Shown piece after piece: positions 26,680 to 41,439 of a DNA stretch of 64,000 nucleotides; position 1 is the first letter of the stretch; each line of letters opens with the position of its first letter. This DNA comes from Eledone cirrhosa. Lineage: Eukaryota. The stretch is from assembly GCA_964016885.1 (NCBI GenBank), contig OZ024759.1, positions 31,372,001 to 31,436,000 on the forward strand, in the 5' to 3' direction. The notes under the pieces were generated by a model. It did not search any database and was not told the origin of the DNA. It worked only from the letters and a program-made list of their open reading frames with translations. The position numbers and the translations under genes were made by a program.

Positions 26680-26950
26680 ATACGTTGAACTCAGAACGTA
26701 AAGGGCCATAATTCCATGCCGCAAAGCATGTTGTCCGACGCTCTACTGATACTGCCAATCCGCCATTCTACTTCTCTAAAATAATTTTTTCTACTTTTGT
26801 CACAAGGCCAGCAATTACCTAGTGCATTACTGGTACTTTATTTTATCGACCCCGTAAGGATGAAAGGCAAAGTTAACCTCAGCGGGATTTGAACTCAGTT
26901 AACCTCGGCGAGATTTGAACTCACTCGGCGGGATTTGAACTCATCTCAGC
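26680..26950 (-). mobile_element. Meta-domain SINE pieces with internal stutter of ctcggcgggatttgaactca
   Basis: Direct similarity to the other copies. Confidence 0.8.
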
Positions 26951-27738
26951 GGGGCTCTAAAATAATGAAAACTTATAAGGACTCCAAGCAACTACGTTTA
27001 ACACGAGGAAGGTGAAACAAACTCCTATGGCCTCAGATCACATCTAAACATGGAGACGTTTGTGGTAACTAGTTTATGTGACATGACTTGGTGTTATCAC
27101 GTGATATCATGTTACTTAGTTGTTTCGTGTTTGATTTAGACACTGGAGAAATTAATTGCTAACTCGCTTGAAAATAACAAATTTTCTAAAATTACTTCCA
27201 GTTAAAGACGACCGCGTTAAAAATTAGACAGAGAAACGAAATTCAATCAAATAATACACCAATTAGTATCCGGAAAACATACAGGTATTTCGGTATAAAT
27301 GGAGACTACTTGATATACAAAATAAAGGAAATTACCTTCCGTTTTTTAACAGGAAAGTTAGTTGAGCGGTTGTTTGTTAGTTGTTTTTTTTTTGTTCTCT
27401 CTCTTAAGATAACATGTAAGCAATAGTTTGTATGGCATTCTCCCAGACAAAAGTTAAAGTTACAATTTACTACCATTAAACTGAAACTATAAAATCAACA
27501 AAGAGAATCAAACAGCAACAACATTCCCACTACGTACGTCACACACACTTAATAAAATACAAAAATTTTACAACAGGCCTTCACAAGGATGACGCTCGCT
27601 ATAACTCCAATGATCGTTGGCAAAGGTACTTACCTATAAAACAAATAAAACAGACATAATATTTGGTTATTGCAAATGTTTTATTATAGGATGGAAATCA
27701 AACGAATAAACATTTGGTAAAAGTCAAACAAAGTTACT

Positions 27739-28060
27739 TTATTCAATAACTAAAGTTACTATCAATAAGAAAAGGAAGTAACGGGTCTCCGTCGGTCTCG
27801 ACAAAGAATTGGTATACCAATTGTTCGAAGAACGAAAGAGATTGCATTTGAAATAAGCGTGCAAGTGACTGAGCATTTCATAGTCAAAAACATTTTATTC
27901 AATAACTAAGATTAGTATCAATGAGAATAGAAAGTAACGGGTCTCCGTCGTTCTCGACGATTAATTAGTATACCAATTGTTCGAAGAACGGAAAATATTG
28001 TTTGTGAAATAAATGTTCAAGTGACTGAGCATTCCATAGTCAAACTACTTTATTCAATAA
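27739..28060. repeat. About 156-bp tandem duplication (2 copies plus the start of a third)
   Basis: ttattcaataa...aagtaacgggtctccgtcg...ataccaattgttcgaagaacg...aagtgactgagcatt...atagtcaaa is repeated. Confidence 0.85.
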
Positions 28061-29169
28061 TTAGGGATTGTGGGGATGTGTGGTTCGAAGTCCCGAAGAG
28101 ATTGCATGTAAAATTAACGTGCACGATACTAGGGGCATGTGGTTAGAATGTCTCAGGAAAGGATCCCTGGATAGATTTTGCGAGCAAATGCTACCATCTG
28201 GAGACCAGGTACACAGGCACCCACACACGGAGGAGTACACACACATAGACGAACACACATACACACACACATAGACAAAAACACACACACACATACATAT
28301 ACACACACACACACACACGGAGAAGGAAACACACATAGACGAACACACATGCACACACACACACACAGACAAAAACACACACAGACACACATACATTTAC
28401 ACACACACATAGACAAAAACACACACACACACGGAGAAGGAAACACACATAGACAAACACACATACACACACACACACATACACACACACACACACACAT
28501 GGACAAATAGATACATATATACACAGACAAGTACACACACATAGACAAGCACACATACATATAGATAAACACACAGACACAAATAGAGACAGATAGACAA
28601 GCACACATATAAGGGCATGCACACACACATATATAAACGACCACACATATACACTCATGCGCATGCGCAGAACCAGAGTTAATTAAATATTTACATGTTT
28701 ATATAAGTAGAGTTCATGGGGGGGAATAGATAGATAGATAGATACATACATAGGAAGAGAGGGAGGGAGAGAGATACATACATATGTACATACATACATA
28801 GAGAGAGAGAGACAGAGAGAGAAGCATACATACATACATAGTTAGGAAATTACAAGTACAATCCATTAATGGAACAGTAAAAATATGTGAAACATTCCAA
28901 AAATTGTGCATCTAATAACTGCATATACACATGTACAGATGCAAAGCATATACACATGCACACATACAACTCAAACATACACATCCACACAATAACATCC
29001 ATATCTACACATGCATGCATACATACATATCTACTTAGTTGATGTTGTGTAAATTCCAATGAGAGAGTCTTGTGTCTATGTTAGAAACCGACTCTGTCTC
29101 TATTGGTAAAACTTTGTGAAATTATAAAACCAGAAGAACATACATATATATATACAGAGGGACAGATAT

Positions 29170-29264
<95 letters not shown>

Positions 29265-29265
29265 T

Positions 29266-29299
<34 letters not shown>

Positions 29300-29489
29300 C
29301 TATTAAGGTGTGTGGTCCGGTAAAGTAGATAACATACAAAGTGAAACAAGCAAAACAATAATATAAATAGTAAAACAGTAGATGTTATCTCACGGGCCTA
29401 ACAAGTTATCGCATGGGCATTGATATGCCATGCTCAGCTGACAATATTTCTGTCAAATATATATAACATATCATATATACTTATATATA

Positions 29490-29610
<121 letters not shown>

Positions 29611-30035
29611 TACATATTTGTATTTGGGTGTGTTTGTGTGTATAAATCACATATATATATGTGTGTGCGTGTGTATCTGTATGTTTGTATATATATATAT
29701 TTAATATAGAAATTGAAATATTATATGAAGTATACAAGTATTTCAATCTATTGCAGATCTGACCTTATCAAAAACGAATTCATTTGTCACTGAAAGAACA
29801 GAATATGACAAATGCACTGGAAGATTGCTAAAAAAAATAGACTTCATGTACGCTGCTTTCAAACACAGGCAAATGTTTGATGAAAAACACTTTACAGTAA
29901 ACTCCGTAGATTTTGATGGTTTCTATGTCGTGATGAATTGATGCAGGATGATTGAATGGTTTGTAAGTACGATTTGCAATTGTAATGTTCCGATTTCGAT
30001 CCCACCATTTGGTATCTTAGTCTAATATCCAGTGA

Positions 30036-30135
30036 TTCTTTCCTGAGACATTCTAACCACATGCCCATAGTATCGGAGCTGTGATCTCTCAGCTCCGATA
30101 CTATGGGCATGTGGTTAGAATGTCTCAGGAAAGAA
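30036..30135. repeat. About 100-bp palindrome; arm also present at about 28122-28165
   Basis: ttctttcctgagacattctaaccacatgcccatagtatcggagctg / cagctccgatactatgggcatgtggttagaatgtctcaggaaagaa. Confidence 0.9.
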
Positions 30136-30299
30136 GGATACCAGATGGACCATTACGCACCAGAGTAATCGATACTTAGGGTAGTAGAGGGGGTAATAGG
30201 AAAAGTGTCAGAACCCCGACGACAGCTAGATCCGAACTCTGCGTTCGGATCTACCTGTCGGAACGGCCGAAACTCAGCCGTCGGGGTCCTGACTCTTTT

Positions 30300-30343
<44 letters not shown>

Positions 30344-31321
30344 AGTACTTGTTCCTTCACTGTTGTTTCCCCAAAGTTAAACTCTGAGATGTAAAAGGTT
30401 GAATGCATGCCTGATTGTTGGTTGCAATGCAATGCAATGTTGTAATCTTAAAGTCTCTTTCAACAAGCCGTTATGTTTGTGAGTGTGGTGCGTTCGTTGA
30501 AGGGCATTAGAGGGGGTAGTGCCATGGATAATTCAGGGAGTCTGGTGGAAGGGTGACATGTGGCGTAGGCTTCCAGTTGGATTATAAAAATGGGCCTTTT
30601 GATGCAAGCAAGATCTGAAGATTTCTGTATTTGAGTTGAGGTATTTATCCAATAACGTATTGTAAGCAGTCTGGTTAGAGATTTGCACGGTTATAGGTTC
30701 AAATATTGTCTCGTTGAGTGAGTAATGAAAGCAACCAAGGATATAATGAATATTTTTCCTATAACTTCCCTACTAAGCTGACATTTTGGACATAATGGTT
30801 CTTAAACTCATTCCGTCATAATTTGTTTAAATACGTATATACATTTTAAAACAAACATCTTTAATTCGTAATAGCAAGACAAGTTTCAATCGCTATTGTA
30901 TCAAAAGAGTTAATCCTTGTGCCTCTCCAATGATTAACAATACTGTGGAACGAATCACTTACAAATCATTTCCATTTCTAGAATAGCGAAACGATTCTGT
31001 GCCTAGTGTATCATTAATCAATATATATACATTTTTATCGTTCAGAAACAGTATCATTTCCTCCTCCGGCTAAATGAATACACATCGATAATGAATGAAA
31101 GTCTAATCTTGAAATAGTCACTTTTCTGAAAATCACTGATGTGTGGATAATAATGGATAGATTCTGTAGCTACGGAAATTCCGCCATTTATTCATCTAGA
31201 AACTAAAGTTAGATGATTCTATTTAAAGCCAACTGTTCGAAAACAAACCATGTTTTTTTTTTTGATTTTTTTAGTATTTTTTTTTTAACGGAATCAGAAT
31301 ATGTATATTATTGTAAGTAAT

Positions 31322-31515
31322 AATTGTTTCTACTTTTGGCACAAGTCCAGCAATTACCCCAGTACATTACTGGTACTTTATTTTATCGACCCCGTAAGGA
31401 TGAAAGGTTAAAGTTGACCTCGGCGGAATTTGAACTCAGAATGGAAAGGGCCGTAACTCTATGCGTCAAAGCATGACGTCCGACCCTCTACCGATACTGC
31501 CAATCCACCGCCCTT
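31322..31515 (-). mobile_element. Meta-domain SINE, full length
   Basis: Diagnostic blocks from the tail to the head ...gccaatccaccgccc. Confidence 0.9.
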
Positions 31516-31654
31516 ATTTATCGTTCAGAAACAGGATTATTTCCTCCTCCGGCTAAATCAATACACATCGATAATGAATGAAAGTCTAATCTTAAAATAG
31601 TCACAATAGTCATTATTGTAAGTAATAACAATAATTATTATTGTTATTATTATT

Positions 31655-31812
31655 CGGACGCCATGCTTTCCAGCATAGTTACTTCCCTTTACGATCTGAG
31701 TTCAAATCCCGCCGAGGTTGACTTTGCCTTTCATCCTTACGGGATCGATAAAATAAAGTACCAGTAATGCACTGGATAATTGCTGGCCTTGTGCCTAAAG
31801 TAGAAACAATTA
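31655..31812 (+). mobile_element. Meta-domain SINE, opposite orientation
   Basis: tcggacgccatgct...gagttcaaatcccgccgagg...gcctttcatccttacggg...tagaaacaattatt. Confidence 0.9.
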
Positions 31813-32118
31813 TTGTTATTATTATTGTTATTATTATTGTTATTATTATTATGGTAACAATAATAACTGCTATGATATTGTATTGCGACCTAGAAGTACT
31901 GAGTTCATACGAACTTATGGTATAAAATAATTTTAGCAAACAAGATAGATAGATAGACATATAGATAGATAGTCAACGAAATCAGATAACACGCAGTGGA
32001 AATTTCAATATATATATATATTTAAGTAAATTACTTTACAAATACGATAGACAGATATTGAACGAAATCAGATAACATTCAGTGGAAGTTTCAGAACCTT
32101 GTTTTATATATCTATCTA

Positions 32119-32158
<40 letters not shown>

Positions 32159-32504
32159 TAAATTACTTTACAAATACCATATTAAGTTGAATGTCCATTC
32201 TTGCAATGAGTTAAATTTAGTCAGTAGCTTTGCGGTTTTATGGATTATAATTACATCGATTTTGAAAAAAGAGATATGCAGCTATACATTTCACCAATAA
32301 TTAAACCTGGGAGCTTTCTATGTGACTCGGGTAGAAAACGTTTACATACTAATAATACCAACATGGAGATTTAACGATCGTGCTCTGTAACGATCGCTGC
32401 TTAGAGCGTAACTTTGACGTGTCACGCCAGAAGTTTCGCTGTGTAGCTAGGAGACATATCTCTAACTTCCCATATCGTGCACAAACAGCATACACAATAT
32501 TATG

Positions 32505-32557
<53 letters not shown>

Positions 32558-32616
32558 GAAAAATTGAACAGGGACAGAACAGAGAGGCAGTACGACAAAT
32601 GTTTATATAATTCACG

Positions 32617-32668
<52 letters not shown>

Positions 32669-32696
32669 GGGGAGGGGGTATTATATATATATATAA

Positions 32697-33042
32697 CCGT
32701 ATTTCCCGGCGCCGAAGACGCTTCGTCCTCGAGGACGCACCCTAATTTTGACAACCAAAAATTTGAAAAAAAAAATTGTTTCTACTTTTGACATAAGGCC
32801 AGCAATTCCCCCAATGTATTACTGGTACTTTATTTTATCGAACTCGTAAGGATGAAGGGCAACGTTAACCTCGGCGGGATTTGAACTCAGAACGTAAAGG
32901 TGTCATAACTCTATGCTGCAAAGCATGGCGTCTAACGGTCTACCGTTACTGCCATACACAACCTTCGGCCTCCAGGACTCATGGTAGATTTTTGAGACTT
33001 ATTTTAGGAAAAACGTAGTTTCTTCGACGCCGGGAAATACGG
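32697..33042. mobile_element. pogo/Tigger-type MITE with a SINE (32777-32955, minus) nested inside
   Basis: TIRs CCGTATTTCCCGGCGCCGAAGA / TCTTCGACGCCGGGAAATACGG in TA context. Confidence 0.85.
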
Positions 33043-33048
33043 TATATA

Positions 33049-33132
<84 letters not shown>

Positions 33133-33135
<3 letters not shown>

Positions 33136-33341
33136 CTTTATTAGCCACGAGGGCACAAAAGAAGGGGACAAATACAAATGGGGAGTTTACATACAGATAT
33201 ATGAAAATAAAACTATTAATAAAACAACAATTAACAATTGAAATCCCCAATAGGGGGAGGCGTTACACAGGGGTTGTACACACCCCGAAAAAAATGTACA
33301 ACCCTCATCTCCAGGAGCACCAAGAGTGAGTACTCCCTTCC

Positions 33342-33390
<49 letters not shown>

Positions 33391-33716
33391 TTCTTTTATT
33401 TGCCACTAGGGCATCAAAAGTGGGACAAGTACAAAGGGGGGAGTTTACACAAAAAGGCGTCCTCAATAAGGAGGAGGCAATAACAAAATATAAAAATAAA
33501 ATAAGATATCACAAAACATAAAATTTTTAACAAAATCCTCAATAGAGAGGAGGCGCCTTGGGGGGTCGCACACACCCCCGAAAAAGTGTGCAACCCTTCT
33601 CCTCAGGAGCACAGAGAAGGGGTGCTCCCTTGGTCTTTCATCTTCCTCACCTATAGTCTGATGTAGAGTGAAGGCCCATTCACACGGGCCATTCTCGCCA
33701 CTTTCACCCATCTTTC

Positions 33717-33718
<2 letters not shown>
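33133..33718 (-). mobile_element. Two Tx1-like LINE 3' fragments separated and flanked by (GATA)n
   Basis: 33133-33340 and 33390-33718 resemble 20953-21260 and 60497-60780. Confidence 0.8.
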
Positions 33719-33768
<50 letters not shown>

Positions 33769-33915
33769 CGAGAAAAGAAAATGTAATAGAGCCCAGACTA
33801 ACGGCATATAACATTCATTGGTGAGATATATGTTAAACAATATCAACGAAATCATTTCCTGATACACCAATAAACAGTACACAGGAAAGTCTAGAGAGTT
33901 ATTCAAACACACATA

Positions 33916-34052
<137 letters not shown>

Positions 34053-34088
34053 TGAGAGAGGGGGGAGTCATATATACACTGCATATGC

Positions 34089-34182
<94 letters not shown>

Positions 34183-35234
34183 CTACTAGGTATACGGAAA
34201 AATATCCATTAATGTGTTCAGGTGGATGGAGACGGCGAAATATAGTAAACGAGATCCATTCTGTGCTATCTTCAGAACATTTAATCAAATTAGATCCAAA
34301 AGTCAGCCAACAGCCACAACGAGACAGTTCACTGTACATTGCATATTCCTTACGATGGAACACTAAACTCTATTCCTATGATGTCCATTCACCTGTAACT
34401 CCATTCACCTGTAACAACATATCGAACACATTCGGTACTCTAACCTATCCCATTGACGATTTCTATTGATCTTAAATCAGAATGCCCAGAGCTAACTGAT
34501 TGAAACCAATAAAAGCCACAAAAAGGAATGCGGAGAAGGTGGGTTGCTGGTTTTAAAGTAAAGCACAGTTCAATTTTCTTTATTATTTCCGAGCTTGTAT
34601 GAACATTTATATACCCAAACAACCAGGCTATCTCTTAACTGAGCGGACAACCCGTTAGCTTAGATTTTATGGACATCTCAACATGAAGCAGGTTTAACAT
34701 TCTTTCAAGTTATCTATTGAACTAGATCATTAATCACTAATCCCATAACTTCTAATGGAGTCGTAAGAGGGGAGGGGGTTGTTTGTTTTCTTTTGCACCC
34801 TCATGGGTGTGTTTTGTTTCTATTTTATTTTTTACATCTGACTGCGTTACACCTGTTCACGTTTGACCACAGCTGATGTCTTCCAGAGAGAGAGGGGGAA
34901 AGAGGGAGAGAGGGAGTGAGAGAGACACACAGAGGGGGGGGTGTAAGATTGAGAAAGAAAAAAAAAGAATAAGAATTAAAGAGAAAGAGAGAGGAATAAA
35001 AAGAGAGATAGAGAAATGAAAAGAAAGAAAGAGAGGGACAAATGAAGAGAAAGAGAATGAAAGACAGGGAGAGAATTAAAGAGAAAGAAAGAGAGAGACA
35101 AATAATTAAAGAAAAAGCGAGAGTCAGAGAGAAATAAAGAGAAAGAAAACGAGATAATTAAAAAGAAAGAAAGAAGGAGAGATATAGAATAAAAGAGAAA
35201 GAAAAAGATAAAAAATAATTAACAGCCGCAATAC

Positions 35235-35380
35235 TGGGCTGATACTTTATTTATCGACCTTGAAATGGTGAAACTTGAGATTGGCTTCTGCAGGATTTAA
35301 ACTCAAAGCGCAAATAATAGGACTGAATACTGCAAAGCATTCTATCCGACTTTTTTAATGACTCTGCTAAATTCGCCGCC
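35235..35380 (-). mobile_element. Old Meta-domain SINE
   Basis: Degenerate tactttatttatcgacc...ggatttaaactca...aaagcatt...tccgac. Confidence 0.6.
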
Positions 35381-35927
35381 GAATTTTAACCATACAAATG
35401 TGTGGTGTTATGTAGCTGTATTATTGTTTTCAATATATTACTTTAAATCATAACAGTTTTATTCCATGTTGTTTAGATTTTATTAGGTATTTGTCTTCTC
35501 TTTGATTGTTATTTTATTCCTGTTTTTTTTGTTTTTTTTGTTTGGTAATTTGATATATCGCCCCAAAACAATAGGAAAAATAAATATTTCGATATGTATT
35601 TGAATAGGTTTATTGTGCCATAAATGTTTTTGCATTGGAAGCGGAATCGCGCACACTTTTCATTTTCAAAGATTCTTTACATGTGTTTATCAGTATATTG
35701 ATTAAAAAGGAATGGGGAGAAAAACTAGAGACATATATGTTTCACGCTTATATATACATATATACATATATACATATATATAAATACATATATATATATA
35801 TATATATAAACACACACATACACATATACATATATAAACACACTCACACACACATATATATACATATATACATATATATATATACACATATTTATATATA
35901 AACACACACACCTCACACATATATATA

Positions 35928-35983
<56 letters not shown>

Positions 35984-36004
35984 TATATATATATATATAT
36001 ATAA

Positions 36005-36095
<91 letters not shown>

Positions 36096-36496
36096 TATAT
36101 TCATATATGTATGTCAGTATAACAAAAATTGAAACTGGAAGGAAATTTCAGAGCACACAAAGATTATTTTATTATTTAGTCAATAAATTCACCCTAACCC
36201 ACCACACACCACCTTACACCCCAACACAAATACATCTTTTTCTTAGATTACTTTTGGCTTATTGTTTAAATTAAGCAAACAAAATGGAGGCATACATAAA
36301 GAATTCTCCATCGCTCAAATAAGAGGTTTGTCGCTCTGTGTATTGTTTCCAACTTTGTTTTATATCATGTTTAGATAATATATATGTTTAGATCACACGT
36401 TTTATATCATGTTTTGATCACATGTTTATATATATATATATATTTGTTTAGATCACACGCAACTATGTGAGGTATATGTGCGTGTAATCTAAACAC

Positions 36497-36603
<107 letters not shown>

Positions 36604-37089
36604 CACATATATATATTGAAAACAAGGGAGACGCAAGCAAAATAAGTTTGAAGTAAAGATTTTACATATATACATACAAATATATGTATATATGCAACGT
36701 ACGAATATATACACACATGTGTGTGAATGGGAGTGAGTGTATATGCATGTATGTGGTAGGGGGTGTATATATTGATACAATTCTATTCAGAATCACCGAA
36801 TGCAACAGAAAAACTTACAGCTGATTTTTGAAAATATAGGAATATAGGAATTTGAAACACAAGAACTATAACGACATATAATTGCGATAAATAACACCTT
36901 AGAAAATTGGGTAAAATACGCCTGGGAACGGAAATAATTGGCCAACAGCTGCTTCTTTCTAACTTCTCAGATGGATTGTAGTTAGTGCTACTACCGTTGG
37001 GTTTCCGATATTTTCAAAATTTCAAATCATCCAGCGTTTCGATAATTTATAAGACTCGTTTTGAATATATCTTTCTATATTGATATACT

Positions 37090-37270
37090 TGTTTCTACTT
37101 TAGGCACAAGGCCAGCAATTACCCCGTGCATTACTGGTACTTTATTTTATCGACCCCGTAAGGATGAAAGGCAAAGTCAACCTCGGCGGGATTTGAACTC
37201 AGATCGTAAAGGGACGTAACTATGCTTGAAAGCATGGCGTCCGACCCTCTACCGATACTGCCAATCCACC
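37090..37270 (-). mobile_element. Meta-domain SINE
   Basis: Diagnostic blocks. Nearly identical to 62778-62952 in reverse. Confidence 0.9.
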
Positions 37271-37724
37271 AACTGTTTGTTAGTTGGTGTGCGTGGATTT
37301 GTGTGGTTGTGTGTCTGTATATGTGCACCTGTGCGTGTGTGTCTGTGTCTGTATGTGTGTATGGATGTGTGTCAGTGTCTGTGCCAGTATATATGAGTGT
37401 GTGCCCGTGTATGTGTATCTGTGTATATGTGTATATGTGTATATGTGTATGTGTATATGTGTATATGTGTATATGTGTGTATGTGTGTATGTGTGTGTCT
37501 ACGTATATGTCTGTACATGTCCATAACATACGTACACAGAACACAGTTACGCCAAGATTTGGTCATGAAAGTTCATTTTAAAAAAATAATATATAAGGCG
37601 GTGCCCCAGCATGGCCTCAGCCAGTCGGCTGGAACAGGTGAAAGTGGAGAGTATCTACTCTCCAAGTATTAGTGAATATATTCTAAAGATATTCCACCTC
37701 AACTGTTTTACCAATAATATATTG

Positions 37725-38265
37725 GTTTATGATTTAGACACAAGGTCAACAATTTGTGGGGAAGGCAGAACTAACCTCGGTGCGATTTGAACTCTGGTCG
37801 TAAAGGGTCGTGACTCTATACTGTAAAGCATAGTGTCTGACGCTCTACCGATACTGTCAATCCACCGCCCTTGATGATAATAATGGTTTCTTATATAGGC
37901 ACAAGGCCAGTAATTTGGTGAGAGGGGAAAGTCGGTTAAATCGACCTCAGTAGATTACTGGTACTTTATTTTATCGACCCCGTAAGGATGAAAGGCAAAG
38001 CTAACCTCGGCAGGATTTGAACTCAGATCTAAAGGAGCGTAACCCTCTGTCATAAAGCATGTCTGACACTCTACAGATACGTTCTAATATATTTGTTTCT
38101 ACTTTTGGCACAAGGCCAGCAATTACCCAGTGCATTACTGGTACTTTATTTTATCGACCCCGTAAAGATGAAAGGCAAAGTAAACCTCGGCGGGATTTGA
38201 ACTCAGAATGGCAAGGGCCGTAACTCTATGCGTCAAAGCATGGTGTCCGACCCTCTACCGATACT
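37725..38265 (-). mobile_element. Array of three Meta-domain SINE copies
   Basis: Three head-to-tail units. Confidence 0.85.
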
Positions 38266-38921
38266 CTCTAATATATTGATATTTATTTAGGAAGTAATAT
38301 AAACCGCCTTCGATCAACTTTCGATATAATTTGATATAATTCCTGACTTCTTTCTTTACAACATTCAGACACATTATTCTCAAACTGTGGATTAAGTTTC
38401 TAAATAATTGTCGTTTACTCATAAATTTGGTAATTATTATCGAAATCCCGGAGAATCTATATATACGAAGCAGGTATTCCAGGCCGAAGAAAGTGTAGTG
38501 TAATGTAGTGTAGTTTGCTAAATCAATATTTTCTAAAATAATTTTCATACGGTTAACTTTAAGTCTCACAAAAGCTTTCGGTCATAAAACGCTGGTGCTG
38601 ATATATAGAGCTATACTGGCCTATTGATACGATTAACTGGAACAGAATTATATGAAATCGAGAGCGTAAGTCAATTCTTGTACATTATATATTAGCTCAG
38701 ACTGTGGTAAAGTACTATCAATATGATATAATTCTCTTGCGGATTAACCTAGGCATAGGATTTCTATAAATATTATGGACGTAGATTGAAATCTCTTTAA
38801 TAATTTACTAAAATAAGATTATAACGAAAGTCTTCCATGGGAGATATATACATATATACCTACATACATATACATAAATGCTTACATATACATACATACA
38901 TACATATATATATATACATAC

Positions 38922-39047
<126 letters not shown>

Positions 39048-39160
39048 AATTAGTATATCTACCAACATATATATATACAGATGCATATCTATGCTAGCAA
39101 ATATATAGGTTTTGTCTTAGTAACTTTGTGATTCAATGCAAGGGGATGCAGAACAATTAT

Positions 39161-39338
39161 ATGAAAGGCGTAAAATAAGAAAATTATAAAAATTAACTTA
39201 CTAAAATTTGATGACGAAAGGCCTTCTCCATGCGTTCCATTCGGAAACCATGTTTATTCCCTTTCAGAAACTAATTAGTTGGAGTGAAATTTTAGTAAGT
39301 AAGTTAATTTTTATAATTTTCTTATTTTACGTCTTTCA
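39161..39338. repeat. Inverted repeat with about 45-bp arms and a unique spacer
   Basis: tgaaaggcgtaaaataagaaaattataaaaattaacttact / agtaagttaatttttataattttcttattttacgtctttca. Confidence 0.8.
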
Positions 39339-39483
39339 CATATATATATATATAAAGTGAGGTTTTTTTACAAAATGAAAAAAAAACGAGGTGCCCTACA
39401 CGAGTGAAAGTATAAGGAAAAAAGATGAAATCGAAAATGCAACTGGAGTCTTTTTTTTAAAAACATATATATTTATTTGGTTC

Positions 39484-39519
39484 CTTTACCGGTTTCGCAG
39501 TTGTTCTGCTCTTCAAAAG
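39484..39519 (-). ncRNA. Hammerhead variant (C3->U)
   Basis: Reverse complement: ctt TTGAAGA gcag aacaa ctgc GAAA c-cg-GTA aag. A truncated sister copy lies at 13432-13518. Confidence 0.55.
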
Positions 39520-39571
39520 TAGAATTGAGCACAAACCCTCCATCTCAATTCTACTTCGATTTCATCATTTT

Positions 39572-39663
<92 letters not shown>

Positions 39664-39896
39664 GTATATATATATATTTATATATATATATATATATATA
39701 TTGGTAAACGGAATAGAAAATGCTGACAAATTGTTCACAGTTGAAAAATGGTTTAATTAGGAATAAAAGAGTATTAGTGATTGTATGGGTTAGTATTCAG
39801 TTGTGGTTTTAAGTTTTTAAGTTTTTACCGGTTGCGTATTTCTAAATGCTTTTCAAAAATAATTTTGAGATAGAGTGTCCGTGCTGTTTGCTCTGA

Positions 39897-40153
<257 letters not shown>

Positions 40154-40339
40154 CATATATACATATATATACAAATATATATATATAATTCTTATAGTAT
40201 TGGTGATTCCAATGTCTTGGAATCGCCGATGTTGTACCCTGGGTTCCAGGAACCATGGCCGGGTTATTGTATCAGTAAAAACCGACTTTTATATACATAT
40301 ATACATATATACATATATACATATATATATATATATATC

Positions 40340-40548
40340 ACCGACATCCAGAGTTGACATTGCACTCAGTGCTCCTTTGGGAGCCCCTACATGGACACAT
40401 TAGAAGGGGAAGACCAAGGTTAACGTATGTTGATGCTCTAAGGACAGACACTGGTCTGTTGGAGACGCAGGACATGACAGCGATAATGAGGGACAGAGAC
40501 CTCTGGAGAGAACTCGTCCATGGATCTCGGGAATTTTACCCGCCTTAG
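40340..40548 (+). mobile_element. RTE-clade LINE 3' fragment
   Basis: [22 protein letters not shown]...MRDRDLWRELV, typical RTE C-terminus, with a (TAGA)n tail. Confidence 0.85.
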
Positions 40549-41004
40549 ATAGATATATATATATATATATATATAATACAGACCTGAAACCCGTCAAGAA
40601 AAGTTGGAACGATGTAATGGTAGTTACAAGTAACCTAGGTCATTGGAGCCCCATTCGTCTCAAGACGCAGGAACTTCTAATTGTAAGTCTAATGAGGATG
40701 ATGATATATTGTGTAAAGTACTGCATATGGGTGTAAACTAAATGCTGTTACTGGCAGTGATGTGTTCTATGTTAAACAATACAGCGATACTGTTAAATTG
40801 AAATTAAGTTTCTTTTGGTTAAGAAATATTTCCTGTAAAGTAGACTTCACATAAACAACAGGTGTTACAGTTTAGAAAACAAAACAAGCGAAGATAAATC
40901 AGTGCAAATAATCTATGAAAGAACGATAGAAAGATGAGATAAATTTAGGTAATAGTTTTTGGGAAAAGAAACTGTTAATTAATTGTGTTTGATGGGAGGT
41001 GGTT

Positions 41005-41368
41005 GCAAAGCCAGCAATTTTGAGGAAACAGATAGAATGGACTGCAATATTTGACTTGTACTTTATTATATCGACCCCTGTGGCGAGATTTGAAATGAGA
41101 ACGTAAAGAGATGTTAGTAAATGACGCAAATAATTTTGTCCGGCGCTCTATCAATTCTGCCAAACCTATACATTTAGGAGGGAATAAATAATTGTTTCTA
41201 CTTTTGGCACAAGGCCAGCAATTATCCCAGTACATTACTGGTACTTTATTTTATAGACCCTGTAAGGATGAATGGCAAAGTTAACCTCGACGGGATTTGA
41301 ACGCAGAGTGTAAAGGGCCATAACTCTATGCTGCAAGGCATAGTCTCTGACGCTCTACCGATACTGCC
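41005..41368 (-). mobile_element. Two Meta-domain SINE copies
   Basis: An older copy at 41005-41165 and a younger copy at 41190-41368. Confidence 0.8.
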
Positions 41369-41391
41369 TGGAGGGTATAAATAATGGTTTC

Positions 41392-41439
<48 letters not shown>

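Noticed and set aside
28085-28140. CCGAAGA...GATA hammerhead-like variant
   Set aside because: Two core deviations and an unconvincing stem III.
34180-34700. High-complexity block with ORF 34089-34469
   Set aside because: No recognisable domain, splice pattern or repeat similarity by eye.
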